NCBI RefSeq assembly: GCF_032191835.1 | Contig: NC_083237.1 | Location: forward strand, 14,942,001-15,006,000 | Direction of reading: 5' to 3' | Length of the DNA stretch: 64,000 bases | Origin: Heteronotia binoei | Taxonomy: Eukaryota | The notes under the pieces: generated by a model | The model's input: only the letters and a program-made list of their open reading frames with translations | What the model was told of the DNA's origin: nothing | Databases searched by the model: none | Position numbers and translations under genes: made by a program | Shown: positions 47,791 to 60,152 of the stretch, piece by piece | Position numbering within the stretch: position 1 is the stretch's first letter | How the letters are laid out: each line of letters opens with the position of its first letter

Positions 47791-47901
47791 GACCCAGGTG
47801 GGCAGCCGTGTTGGTCTGAAGCAATAGAACAAAGTTGGAGTGCAGTAGCACCTTTAAGACCAACAAAGTGTTATTCAGAATGGAAGCTTTCATGTACAAA
47901 G
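47791..47901 (+). mobile_element. Penelope-like terminal fragment
   Basis: ccaggtgggcagccgtgttggtctgaagc...gcacctttaagaccaacaaag...gctttcatg. Confidence 0.65.
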
Positions 47902-48231
47902 CTATCTGTGATTGAAAAACAACAACTAACTTTCCCTGGACTGTCATTTTCTTCAGCCATTAGTTCTGAGACAAGAAATATAAAATTATAGAGAGCATAT
48001 GCTGTTCATAGAGAAGAACTTATTCCCCTCCCCCCCGCCAAAAAAAGAAGTATTAACTTCTATGACCAGGGCACCGGTACAGTGACATCATTTGCCATTC
48101 TCCTGCTTCCTGTGGTACAGACAGCATCATTTGCCATTCAGGAAAGAGCAGAACAAAATTGCTGCTCTCTCAACAATCTTAGAAATGGAAACATGGAAAT
48201 CTGCTTGTAGAAGAGAAGGTTTGTTTCCAGG

Positions 48232-48452
48232 ATGGCACTGGTACTGATGTTGTTGCTCTTACTCCTGGGTCGTACTGTCTGCAAGACTTGTTCATCTCAA
48301 TGCAACATATATGGTGATGGCTTCCCTATTTCTCATGAATTTTATCAGCCAGGTGACCTTGTCATTGGGGTGGTCACCAGTCACATCTTCTTGTTATATG
48401 GTGTTCTCTCTTTCATGGAACATCCCACATTGAAATTGACTGCTAAACCTGT
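48232..48452 (+). CDS. V2R gene 4 exon 1
   Basis: ATG, signal peptide, [12 protein letters not shown], donor GT|gtaagg. Confidence 0.92.
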
Positions 48453-49144
48453 GTAAGGATTTCCCCCCCCCCCCTTTCCTTTCAGTAAATGCTCACAGTA
48501 TAATAATTGAGAAAGTAAAGATTAGACAAGTGGCTCTGTTCAAATATACTGTGAAGTCATGGTTTACTTTAAATAACTATAGTTAGTCAATGATACAAAG
48601 GTGGGACACAGTTGTTACTTTGGGTGTCTCTAATCAGAAGAATAATCTTATTTAATACTTGCTGAAATAACTCTGCATACAGTTTTAAAGTTACAGTTTA
48701 ACCTTAAAAACATGGAAAACTCTCTGTAGATCCAAGAGTGGTCTTGTGTCCTAATAGTCATGGAAAGGTGCAGTACTGCAGTCCAAGTTCTGCTCATGAC
48801 CTGAGTTTGATCCTGGCGGAAGCTGGGTTTAAGGTTGACTCAGACTTTCATCCTTCCAAGGTCCGTAAATGAGTATCCAGCTTGTTGGGGTAAAGTGTAG
48901 ATGACTGGGGAAGGGAACAGCAAACCATCCCATAAAAATTGGTTTTAAGCTGTATTGTTTTATGGAGTGAAATGTTACTGGTTTTAATGTTTAAATGTTG
49001 GTTTTAATGTTTAAATGTTACTGGTTTTAATGTTTAAATGTTAATTATTTAATTGTTTTATATTTAAAATTGTTAAATTATGTCGATTAGTTGTTGGAAG
49101 CCGCCCTGAGCCACTTGTGGGAAGGGCGGGATACAAATCCCAAA

Positions 49145-49207
<63 letters not shown>

Positions 49208-52200
49208 AAGTCTGCCATGAAAACATCCTGATGTGACATCACTCCATGGGTTAGTAATGACCCAGTGCTTGCACAGGGGACTACGTTTACTTTTTACACA
49301 AAATAAAGCTTTCCATATCAGACATATAAAATTATTACCTGTTGAAATGGTAAGAATGTCTATTGTCTGGCTAATTAGTCTGTAACTCTTATTGCAGTTC
49401 TGTGCTAAAGGATTACCAGAATATCTTGGCTTTGACATTTGCTATAGAAGAGATCAACAAGAATCCCTACATTTTACCAAACATCACTTTGGGCTTCCAT
49501 ATCCTCAGTGGTTACTACCTTCCAAAGATGACCTATAAGGCCACCTTCAATTTGCTTTCTACACATCATAGGTTTAAACTCAATTTCAAATGTGATACAA
49601 GGAAAAATCTTATAGCTGTGATTGGGGGAATTAACCCAGAAACCTCTGCTGATATAGCCACTATTTTGTCTATTTACAGGATTCCACAGGTATCTCATGT
49701 ACACAAGTGTACGAATATTCTACAGCTGCAGTTTATCATTTCCCCCCAATCATCTAAAATAACTTTACCTTTTTCCCCCAGTTCACTTATGGATCGTTTT
49801 CCCCAAGACAAAGTAAAAATATGCTGTTCCCCTCCTTGTACCAGATGGTCCCAAGTGAAGCCTATCAATATAGAGGAATCATACAGCTACTTTGCCATTT
49901 CAGATGGACATGGATTGGAATCTTTGCTGTGGATAATGACAATGGGGACCAGTTTTTGCAGATGGTAGTCCCCATGCTTTCCCTTAATAGCATCTGTTCT
50001 GCCTTCACACTAAGAACACCAAAACAGAGTTACTTAAATGAGTTTATGGATACGTTTTGGAGTCTGGTAGAAAAATATCCAGTCCTCGTGCATAGCAGAG
50101 CTAATGCATATTTGGTGTATGCAGAGCCCCCTTCAATACAGATTTTGAGAACGCTGATGACCATCTCGGCAACATCTTCACTTCTGGGTAAAATATGGAT
50201 TGCTACATCCCAGTGGGATTTCTCCTCTATGTCCCTTCAGAAGTTTTGGGATATACAAATCTTCCATGGTGCTATATCTCTCATAGTTCCCTACAATCAG
50301 CCACCAGGATTCCTGAAATTTCTTCAGGTCATAAAGCCATCCTGGAGAAAAGAAGATGGTTTTATCCAGGAGTTCTGGGAACAGGCATTTAGCTGTTTCT
50401 TGAAAATATCTAGTGAGGGTGTGGCACATGCAAAAACCTGCACTGGGGAAGAGAAGCTGGAGAGTCTTCCTTTGATTCTGTTTGAAATGAGCATGACTAG
50501 CTGCAGCTATAGTATCTACAATGCTGTATATGCTGTGGCCCATGCTTTGAATGCAATATGCATGCCAAGACTGAAACACAGAAGATTGGCACTTCAGCAT
50601 GTGCAGCCATGGCAGGTAAGAATACCTCAATGATCTACATTATGGTTTAAAGCAAGCTATCATATGGTAATGCAGATAAAACTATCACAGTTTCGAAATC
50701 ATTTTGGTAACTCGTGCAACCACACAATAACTTTACTGACTGTATCTTAAGCCAAAATAGCAAAATAAAATTACAATTCAACATCAGAATAATCTTCATC
50801 TATATAAGATACTGTATCTTAATTTTCTTTGTAAGGATTTCAATCCCTGGCTGATCATTTCTTTCTTTCCTCTACCTAGCTCCATCACTTTCTAAGGACC
50901 ATGGTGTTCAATAACAGTGCTGGAGACTCTTCACATTTTGATCACAATGGAGAATTAGTAGCTGGTTTTGATGTTATAAACTGGGTCACTTTCCCCAATA
51001 ACTCATTTGTTAAAGTAAAAATTGGAAGACTCGACCCTCGAGCTCCACAAGGAAAAGAGTTAACTCTTAAAAACAATGTAATTGTTTGGCCTAAACACTT
51101 TAACCAGGTAAGGCACATGTGACTTAGATGACTGCAGATGCTCGAGGCAATGAACAATTTGGATCATTTTCCATTGGAATCATCCAATTTTACACTTAGT
51201 ATTCAGGTGCTAATTTTTTTAAGGATGGGTTTGATCAGGCGAAACAGGCTATAAATCAAAGGATATTGGACATTGAATGCCAGTTTGACTTAGGGAGGAT
51301 CCCTACTTTGTTGTCCTCTATGAAAACCAGATATATAGTCAAGCCAGCTGCCTATCTGCCCCCCTTAGAGGTCCATAGTCACAGAAGGGCTTTCACACTT
51401 GCAAGGTGTGCTGCACTTCCCTCCACTGTTTTAGATGGGTGATTTAATAGAATCCCCTATGGGAAAAGACTTTGAAGGAGAAACTGAGACTGTAGATCAT
51501 GTTCTTCTATGTTGTCCCTTCTATCAAGATGCTCGCACTAAAACCATCAGCACTTTGATTGACAGAATACCTGGAAGAACAAGCCTGGAGCATGTTAGGC
51601 TACTCCTAGAAGACAGAAACCCAACAACTACAGCCTCAATTGCAAAATTTTGTGCAACAGCCTATAAAATTCACCAGTTGCTCTCATTATCAGGGTTTAT
51701 GTCAATAATTATTATAGTACTGTCTATTTATACGATTGTCTATTTTTAATTCTGTGGGTTTTTTTCAAATCAATAACTTTGTAGTGTTTTATCTATTCTG
51801 TTCTTTGTACAATAAATTAAACAAACTAAACAAGCAGTCATTTTTAGGAAAAAAACACTTCAGTTACTCTCTTTTATATAAGGAGTCAGCTAAAAATATA
51901 CACCTTTTGTTCATAGGTACAGTTCTACAATTCCACGAAAATTGTGACAGTACTCTTTGCCCTGAGTTCCTCTAAAACCACTTACCTTCCCAACAATTTC
52001 AGTTCTATTCATAGCTCACTATATAAGAATTAACATTTAAAAATATCTTAGTAATAAGAACATAAAAACATAACAGAAGCCATGTTGGTTTAGGCCAATG
52101 GCCCATCCATTCCAACACTCTGTGTCACACAGTGGCCGAAAACCAGGTGCCATCAAGAGGTCCATCAGCGGGACCAAGACACTAGAAGCCCTCCCACTGC

Positions 52201-55159
52201 CCCCCCAATCACCACAAATACAGAGCATCACTACCCCAGAGTTCCATCAATACCCTATGGCTAATAGCCACTGATGGACCTCTGCTCCATATGTTTATCC
52301 AATCCCCTCTTGAAGTTATTTATGCTTGTAGCCGCCACCAGTTTTTTAGTTTTAATGTGGCACCATCTCAATTATTTTATAAATGCACCAGAGGTTTTTT
52401 TTCTTAAGCATTTGTGTCATACATTTAAAATGTTTATATATTCTGGACACTGGGGCACCAGAAGCATTCTCTGCCACCTGATTCCAGCTAGATTCAAGTT
52501 CAGGAGCCTTTTAGAGACTGACAAAGTTTTCAGAGTACAAGCTTTCAAGAGTCAACTTGTAGCCTGAAAATCTTGTTGGGCTCAAATGTTCTATTGGACT
52601 TGAAATGAGCTGTTCTGCTGCAGACCAATCTGGCTACCCCCTGAAGGTGATTCCAAGTGTAATTTCTAGCTCTGTGGAGCTATCATTCAAAAAAAAAAAT
52701 AACCCCCTTTTGTAGGCACTGGGTTGACACTCATCTCATACACATTGCACTGAAGCTCATCTCCCTTTATCTCTGGGGACAGGTCCCACCACTTTCTTTG
52801 TGTAATGACAACTGTAATCCTGGTTACTACAGGAAACAAAAAGAAATAAAATTCTGCTGCTATGACTGTGTTCCGTGTCCAGAAGGGATGATTTCTGAGC
52901 AAAAAGGTAGGAGTCATAATGCACAAATATCTCAGTCATATCCAGAGGTCATTTTGTAGAAAAAAAGGTGGTAGAGCTCATCCAGGGATTATACTATTCA
53001 ATGGACAAGGAGGTGGAACTCTCAGAAGAAGGAGGAGGAACTAAAAGAAAGGTTCAGGAGCTGTGCTCCTATGAGCTTCCACTGAATCCAAGGCCTGGTC
53101 ATACCCCATAGCACAGGGGTGGCCAATGGTAGCTCTCCAGATGTTTTTCGCCTACAACTCCCATCAGTCCCAGCCAGCATGACCAATGGCTGGGGCTGAT
53201 GGGAGTTGTAGGCAAAAAACATCTGGGGAGCTACCGTTGGCCACCCCTGCCATAGCAGATATATTCAACTAAACTAATGTGAGGTTGGCCCTTGGAAGCG
53301 GTGAGCTAAAGGGTTATTGAGGAACCAGGCAAGGGGGACATGGGTGGCCTTTACTCGTGAGGCACCTATTTCCAGGTGGGATATGGAGACCTTCCAGAAT
53401 TACAGCTGAAGACCATAGATATCATTTTGCCTGGAAAAAATGGCTTCTTTACAGAGTTTATATTTTTGGAATTATACCCTACTGAGTTACCTTCCCAAAC
53501 CCTCCACTCCCCAGACTCCACCCCCAAATCTCTAGGAATTTGGAGCTCATAATCCTACTTATGGGATCTTAAGTCTATGTATACACAGGCACACTCTTGT
53601 TGACTTGGCTTGGAGAAGTGATTTAAAGAGAAAAATGTCTTCTCCAAGCCAGGTGACAGAGCGGTGGGGGTTTCAAGAGCCATACAATAGGTTTGAAAGA
53701 GTCACATGTAGCTCCCAAGCCACAGTTTGGCCACCCCTGGCCTATAGCATCCCTGACAGGTACTATATCAATGCTAAGTATTATAATTGTGATTAAGAAG
53801 GTGATTTCATCCAAATCTGGAAGTCATATTAGTGCTTAAATTGAAAAACATTTCTGTATAGAACAAATTGCTGCAATGAGACCTTCAGGTTGAAATACCC
53901 AATTGAGCATTCCAGCGTCTGAATCATAGAATGCGCTTATAGAAATTCTACAAAAGAGGAAGAGTGCTACAACCTGATTCTCCCTGCACAGGGATGAGCT
54001 GAAGAGAAGCCTATGCTTGAAGAGGGGGCAGGAATGGGGGAGAAATGGCACCATTCTGATGGTGCAACATCACTTCCAACAAATATTGGAACAAACATCA
54101 GATCACTTGAGTAATAGCAAGGTGATGTTCTATGATTTGGACAAAATTCTATAGTAGCACAAAAAGCAAGAGCACATTATCAAATTATGGGAATCATTTA
54201 TCCAAAATGTTGATTAATGCTTTAAAATATTTATAATCTCTTTTTTTTTCCCAGACATGGATGCTTGCATCAATTGTCCAGAAGTTCAATATCCCAAGAA
54301 AGGCAAAAACCAGTGCATTCCAAAGGTCATAACCTACCTTTCTTACAGTGAACCATTAGGTATTACAGTAGCTTTATTTGATATTTCTTTAGCTCTAACT
54401 ACAGTTTTGGTGCTTGGAACATTTGTAAAGCATCAAGAAACTCCCTTAGTCAAAGCCAACAACTTGAGCCTCACTTACATTCTCCTCATCTCTCTCCTTC
54501 TGTGCTTCTTCTGCTGTTTACTCTTCATTGGGCGGCCTGTAAAAATGTCTTGCATTCTCCGACAAGTTACTTTTGGCACGGTCTTCTCTGTGGCACTCTC
54601 CAGTGTGTTGGCCAAAACCATCACTGTGGTATCTGCATTCATGGCTACAAAACCAGGATCCAAGGTGAAGAAACTGATAGGGAAAAAAATGGCAAATTCT
54701 ATTGTCCTTTCCTCTTCCTTCATTCAAGTTGGCATATGTACTTTTTGGCTAACAACTTCTCCTCCATTCCCAGACATCGACATGCACTCGTTCAATGATC
54801 AGATCATAGTGGAATGTAACGAGGGTTCAGCTACCTTTTTTTACTGTCTCTTGGGCTATATGGGCCTCCTCGCAATTAGTAGCTTCACTGTGGCTTTCTT
54901 CGCTAGGAAGTTGCCAGATAGTTTCAATGAGGCCAAACTTATTACTTTCAGCATGTTGGCCTTTTGCATTGTTTGGTTATCTTTCATTCCTACCTATCTG
55001 AGCACCAAAGGGAAATCCATGGTGGTTGTAGAGATTTTTGCTATCTTAGCCTCTGCTGCTGGCTTACTGGGTTGTATTTTTTTCCCCAAGTGCTACATCA
55101 TAGTGCTGAAGCCTGAGCTGAACAACAAAGAACAATTAATAAAGAGAAAAAATAAATAA
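48232..55159 (+). CDS. V2R gene 4, complete, 867 aa, more distant paralog
   Basis: Exons 48232-48452, 49398-49689, 49782-50615, 50880-51107, 52783-52906, 54255-55159 sum to 2604 nt; all GT-AG; LPDSFNEAK and FPKCY motifs. Confidence 0.95.
48765..49290 (+). mobile_element. Sauria SINE split by an L2 3' end (about 48945-49209, (TAAA)n tail)
   Basis: SINE 5' half ends at aaaccatcccataaaaa; 3' half resumes gtctgccatgaaaac...gcttgcacaggggact. Confidence 0.8.
49398..49689 (+). CDS. V2R gene 4 exon 2
   Basis: attgcag| acceptor, IPQ|gtatct, 292 bp. Confidence 0.95.
49782..50615 (+). CDS. V2R gene 4 exon 3
   Basis: ttccccag|FTYGSF...QPWQ|gtaaga, 834 bp. Confidence 0.94.
50880..51107 (+). CDS. V2R gene 4 exon 4
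   Basis: cctag|LHHFLR...HFNQ|gtaagg, 228 bp. Confidence 0.95.
51224..51833 (+). mobile_element. RTEX-like LINE 3' fragment in gene 4 intron 4
   Basis: [14 protein letters not shown]...[17 protein letters not shown], 3' UTR, aataaa and (TAAAC)-like tail. Confidence 0.75.
52072..52340 (-). mobile_element. CR1 LINE 3' fragment
   Basis: Same family as 7290. Confidence 0.8.
52485..52645. mobile_element. Penelope-like short inverted-end remnant
   Basis: ttagagactgacaaag...gctttcaagagtc...attggact...cagaccaa. Confidence 0.5.
52783..52906 (+). CDS. V2R gene 4 exon 5 (CRD)
   Basis: gacag|[11 protein letters not shown]...[19 protein letters not shown]|gtagga, 124 bp; not captured by the ORF track. 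Confidence 0.9.
53114..53249. mobile_element. hAT MITE with perfect 8-bp TSD
   Basis: ccatagca|caggggtggcc...ggccacccctg|ccatagca. Confidence 0.9.
54255..55159 (+). CDS. V2R gene 4 exon 6 (7TM)
   Basis: ttcccag| acceptor, 7TM ORF ending at TAA 55159. Confidence 0.97.
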
Positions 55160-55573
55160 TGTCTTACATTCTTCACCAGAGATAGACTGAAGATCTAATT
55201 AATTCATTGCGTAATATCAAAACAGTAGTAGTGTCTTGGGTGGTACTGATTCTTCACTGAAATTCCAACACTGGTTCACCAGTATATGTTGTATTTCTTT
55301 TTGGAGTACGTGAGACCATGTTAATCATTTATCAGTCATAATTTCAACAGAGACCATAGATAAGCAACCCGTTGGCCAGGGGTCCCATTCCCCCAGTAGG
55401 AGCAAGGGATCCCCTGCCTCCATTCCTGTTGCTCACTGTGGCTTGAAGTATTAGTGGGGGATTTAAAAAAAAAAAATCAACAATGGGCAGGGTTGCATAC
55501 AGCCCTATGACATTTCCAATAAAAATGTGTAACTGACTGGCTCTAGGAATCACTGAAAACTCTATGTCTTACC

Positions 55574-56147
55574 CAGGACCGGCCCTCCCACTAGGCAAAC
55601 TAGGCGGTTGCCTAAGGCACCGAGAGGTGGGGGGTGGCAAATTGGGCTCTCGCCCCCCCTGGTGCCCCAGGCAAGCGCTTAGCTTGCCTCCCTCCCCCCT
55701 CCCCGCCGGTGCTGCCACCGCTAGCCCCCTCCGGGCCACTGTCACCTGCCCACCCCACTGGCACAGTGACCTGCCCCCCAGACACTCCACTTGCCTGCCC
55801 ATCACTGCTAAAAGCAGCGGCGCTATGCTCTCTCCCTTTCCCCTGTTCATCAGCTAAAAGTAAGCTTTGCAGCTCGCGCCTGCGCATTTTGTCTCTTAAC
55901 AAAACATGCAGGCATGGGTTGCGAAGCCGACTAAGCTTACTTTTAGCCGGCGAGCCCCAGGGGGAAGGGAGCGAGTGGAGTGGTGGCTGGCAGGTGAGTA
56001 AAGTGCCAGGGGGGGGGGGGCGCTGAGAGGCCAGGCAGAATACTGCACAAGGGGCAGGGAGGGGGCATGGAGCCATGGGGGGTGCTTTGCGGGGGGCACC
56101 AGGCAGCAAGTCTGCCTAGGGCACCCCAGGGCATTGGGCTGGCCCTG
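55574..56147. mobile_element. GC-rich hAT (Tip100-like) non-autonomous element, perfect 8-bp TSD
   Basis: gtcttacc|caggaccggccc...gggctggccctg|gtcttacc. Confidence 0.85.
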
Positions 56148-56217
56148 GTCTTACCAGAGAGTTCATAGCAATTTCTAGAGCTGCCTTGTGGCACTTCTGT
56201 TTATTTGATTTTATTCC

Positions 56218-56352
56218 NNNNNNNNNNNNNNNNNNNNNNNNNNNNNNNNNNNNNNNNNNNNNNNNNNNNNNNNNNNNNNNNNNNNNNNNNNNNNNNNNNN
56301 NNNNNNNNNNNNNNNNNNNNNNNNNNNNNNNNNNNNNNNNNNNNNNNNNNNN
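56218..56352. other. Assembly gap
   Basis: Run of N. Confidence 1.
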
Positions 56353-57759
56353 CGATTCCTTTATTATTAGCATTGCAGCCAGCAATACTGATCATCCCTT
56401 TAGCAAACTGTGGCCAAAATGGGATTTATAATAAACTAGTAATAAGGCTCATTGTGGGGGAAGATATGGGTGCTAGAAATTTGCTGTGGGTGAGTGTTGT
56501 GGCCTGGGGGTGGGCTGGTTATGGAAGGAAAAGATAGAAAGAGGCAAGGTATGTCAAGAAAGCAGCTGTTGGGAGGGAAACAGATATTATGGGGTAGATT
56601 ATCAGAAATGGGGATAGACTGAGTAAGAAGGGATGGGACAAAAGAGATGGGAGTAGATTGCTTTCCATCTCCTCCCTCCTCTCTTCAGCCTCTACCTAGG
56701 AAAAGGACAATCTTTCTCTGCTGGGGGGACCAAAGCAGTTTGCATCATTTCCCTCTCCCCCTTTTGATCCGTACAACAACCCTGTGAAGTAGGTTAGGCT
56801 GAAAGTATGTGAGTGGTCCAAAATCACCCAGTCAACTTCCGCAGTAGGAACCTAGGTCTGGCAGACCCTGCTCTGAAGCACTGACTGCCATGTCACAGTA
56901 GCTGTCATAGGGAGGCTGCTACTGAACAAAAGTAAGCAGACAAACTTAGTTAAGTCATGCCAGTCAGGTGGCATCAAGTCACTCAGAGGGTGCTGCCAGG
57001 CCTAGGGTAGAAAACCTCCAAGTGGAGGCTGAAGATCTCCTGGTATCACGACTGAAATCCAGACAATAGATCTCTTTCTCTCTGGAGAAAATAAATGCTG
57101 TGGAGGCTGGACTCTACGACATTGTATTCAGCTGGGTCCTCTCCCCTTCCTAAAGTCTGGCTTCCTTAGATTCCACCACAAAATCTCCAGGAATTTCCCA
57201 ACCTGGAGCTGACAATCCTAGTCAGAATTGGTCCCAATGGGCTCTCCCTCAAAGGTCAAAATAGGCCTGGAAAGGGCCTCCTCCATCTCCACTTTTTACT
57301 GACAGAACCAAGCTTGGTTGTAGGGTTGCCAGGTCCAACTCAGAAAATGCCTGGGGACTTTGGGATGAAGCTGGGAGACTTTAAGGTATAGCCAGGAGTC
57401 TTTCCCATTCCTCCCAAAAACATAAATAAAATACACCAATGTAGTTCCCCTGAATACAGCCTTCATACCCCAGAAGATGGCTGCACTTCTACGAAATGAA
57501 ACTGAACGTGCACACACACAAACACTCACAAAGCAGCCAAATAAACACAGAACACACACTTTTGTGATCTCACTGGGGCAATTGACTCACTGGAATCGCT
57601 AAATGTAACCATCCACCGTATTTTACCCATCCTTTTCAGACTAATAGGAAAACAAAAGCAGAGCAACCTAAAGGGTGGAATTTTCCTCCAAACAAACAGA
57701 GGGATACTTCTGCTTCTCTTCCTTTTACACACTCAGCAGGAAGACTCAGGAGCCCTCAG

Positions 57760-57936
57760 CCAATTGAGAGATAGCTTTTTGTGGCAGTTTCCCTTCTCCC
57801 TCTGTCTGCCAATCAAGGGAAGGCTTTCTTTCTCTCCTCTGTGAAGCAGTGCTTCAATCCTCAGCCAATGGAACACAACAGACCTTGACTGATGGTTTGA
57901 CAGGCCAAAGGTTGATGCAGCACAGTCCCTACCAAT
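57760..57936 (+). promoter_or_regulatory. Cluster of four co-oriented CCAAT boxes (candidate promoter)
   Basis: CCAAT at 57760, 57809, 57865 and 57932; no transcript evidence. Confidence 0.3.
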
Positions 57937-58187
57937 CAGGGCACTCCATTTTGTCACCACAAAAGGGCTTTTATTACATAAAGGAAATAATGCCTCTATA
58001 ACTGCATGTCCAGAGATCTTAATCTGTAGCATGCAAGCAGAGCTGTATCAGGCTCAAACATTTCTACACATTCTTTAAAGAAAATATTGCAACTCTCAAA
58101 AATGTATTTCACTGTTCTGTATTCCCACATAAAACCTTAGTAATTCAATCAGCAGCTGGGCAAACCCTTGTCAGAGATGCTCTAGCT

Positions 58188-58304
58188 CATGACTTTTTTG
58201 GTAGAAATAGCCCAGCAGGAACTCATTTGCAGATTAGGTCACACCCCCTGAAACCAAGCCAGCTGGAACTGTGTTCCTATGTGTTCCTGCTCAAAAAAAG
58301 CCCT
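58188..58304. mobile_element. hAT-like MITE (CAGGGCTTTTTT family)
   Basis: Reverse complement similar to 34121. Confidence 0.65.
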
Positions 58305-58524
58305 ACTCCAGACTGATTCTGCATTGAGCAGGGGGTTGGACTAAATGGCCTTTATGGTCCTTTCAGATTCTATGATTCTATGTGTTCTGACACTGATAAA
58401 GAAGGAGGCAAAAAAGCAGAATGCAGGCATATACTGGGATATCCTAAGCATCCCTGACTTATGCATGTTCATTTGGAGTTATGTAAAAGCCCTGTGTGCA
58501 TAAAAATGTACACAGGTAGGTACC

Positions 58525-58628
58525 TCAAGATGGGTAGTCATGTTAGTCTGCCTGTAGCAGTAGAGCTGAACAAAATTTATGGCAGGGTAGGAGCTTTCAT
58601 GAATTACTGCTCACTTTTCCAGATACAG
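58525..58628 (+). mobile_element. Penelope-like terminal fragment
   Basis: caagatgggtagtcatgttagtctg...gagctttcatgaattactgctcactt. Confidence 0.55.
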
Positions 58629-59120
58629 CCAGAAGAGAAGTCCATCTGTCTTATATATTGGAAAGCAGAGTGATTTCAGATGCTGAATGATATTAGCAGG
58701 CAAATGATAATAGCAAGTGTGATTGGATTAGGTGTGATATACAGAGGGATAGCAGGCATGGTGAAATCAGCCTTGGTAATGAGACAGGAAACCTGGGTCT
58801 CAACTCAATCCAGGTAGATGCATTGTCTTGAGCATTGTTATCAGTTGCAATTCATCAGTCTCTCTTTCTGATCTCCCTTTGAAATCCTTTTGTAAGAGAA
58901 CTGCTACTTTTAGGTCAGCAAGTGAATGTCCTGGGATGTTAAAAAATGTTCCTCCACTGGTTTTTGAATGTTGTGGTCCTTAATGTCAGACTAGCAGGGC
59001 CTTTTTTGTAGCAGGAACTCCTTTGCATATTAGGCCACACACCCCTGACATAGCCAATCCTCCAAGATGAGGCTTGCCTGGGCTATCTAGGTCAGGGCTT
59101 GAGCAGTGTTTTTTGTTAAT

Positions 59121-59390
59121 TACTTCATCTTGGGCCTGGTGGGCCCAAGGCTGAAGATGATGTAGGGAGTCCACATGGAGTCCTTCTTTCTATCTCAAGT
59201 GGGGGCAAATTGGTCACCCTTATATTATGGACAGGCTGGCACAAGATGAAGTAGGGAGTCCACATGGAGTCCTTATTTCTATCTCAAGTGGGGGCAGGCC
59301 CAAGATGAAGTAGGGAGTCCACATGGAGTCCTTCTTTCTATCTCAAGTGGGGGCAAATTGGTCACCTTTATATTATGGACAGGCTGGCAC
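59121..59390. repeat. Complex local tandem triplication with a short inverted segment
   Basis: Three copies of gtagggagtccacatggagtcctt.tttctatctcaagtgggggca. Confidence 0.9.
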
Positions 59391-59959
59391 CTGTCTTTGA
59401 TTCCATACATACATTCAGATCTTGCACTGGATAAATGTGCATAGATGGGGATGACCACACTGGCCTGGCCCTCCACCTCCATGAGATCACTGGCTTGTGT
59501 GTACAGTGTCTATGCATAGAAGAAGGTTACATTAATAGGGCCTGTTTCCATATTTAGAAGATAGTTTAGGAACACTGCTTTTCAAATTTTCCCAGTCATT
59601 CCGGGCTCTTTTCTATTTTTTTCTATTTTATTTTTTGTAGCAGAACCCCTTTATATATCAAGAGTTCAGAGGACTTCACATATTTCTACAGTGTCTCATC
59701 TACCCTTGCAAGTCAGTTCTTCTGGAGATTGAGACTGGTGCTAAAGGCAGTGCAAGCGACCAAGCAGTCCATGGGCATAGCCTTGTCATTTTACCATAGG
59801 CCATTTAATCTGAAGCCAAACAGATCGTAATCACCAGGATGAACTGGAAAGTGTGGGAAGACAGACTGGATGTTGCCCTGGGCCATAATGCCACAGGGAT
59901 ACAGGACTGGGCTATGGTTATTGCACAGTCAAACAATGTGCAGCAAATAGAGCAGTACT

Positions 59960-60152
59960 CAGGGCTTTTTTTTGTAGCAGGAACTCCTTTGCATATTAGA
60001 CCACCCCCCCCCCCCCCGATGTAACCAATCCTCCAAGAGCTTACAGGGCTCTTCCTACAGGGCCTACTATAAGTTCTTGAAGGATTGGCTACATCATGGG
60101 GGTGTAGCCTAATATGCAAAGGAGTTCCTGCTACAAAGAAAAAAAAGCCCTG
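59960..60152. mobile_element. Palindromic hAT-like MITE (CAGGGCTTTTTT family)
   Basis: cagggctttttttgtagcaggaactcc...ggagttcctgctacaaa...aagccctg. Confidence 0.8.

Noticed and set aside
55564-56194. Several overlapping Pro/Gly-rich ORFs
   Set aside because: They arise from a GC-rich hAT element bounded by a perfect 8-bp TSD.
59155-59390. Repeat-spacer-like array resembling CRISPR
   Set aside because: Vertebrate DNA, no cas genes; the 'spacers' are themselves duplicated, so this is a local tandem duplication.
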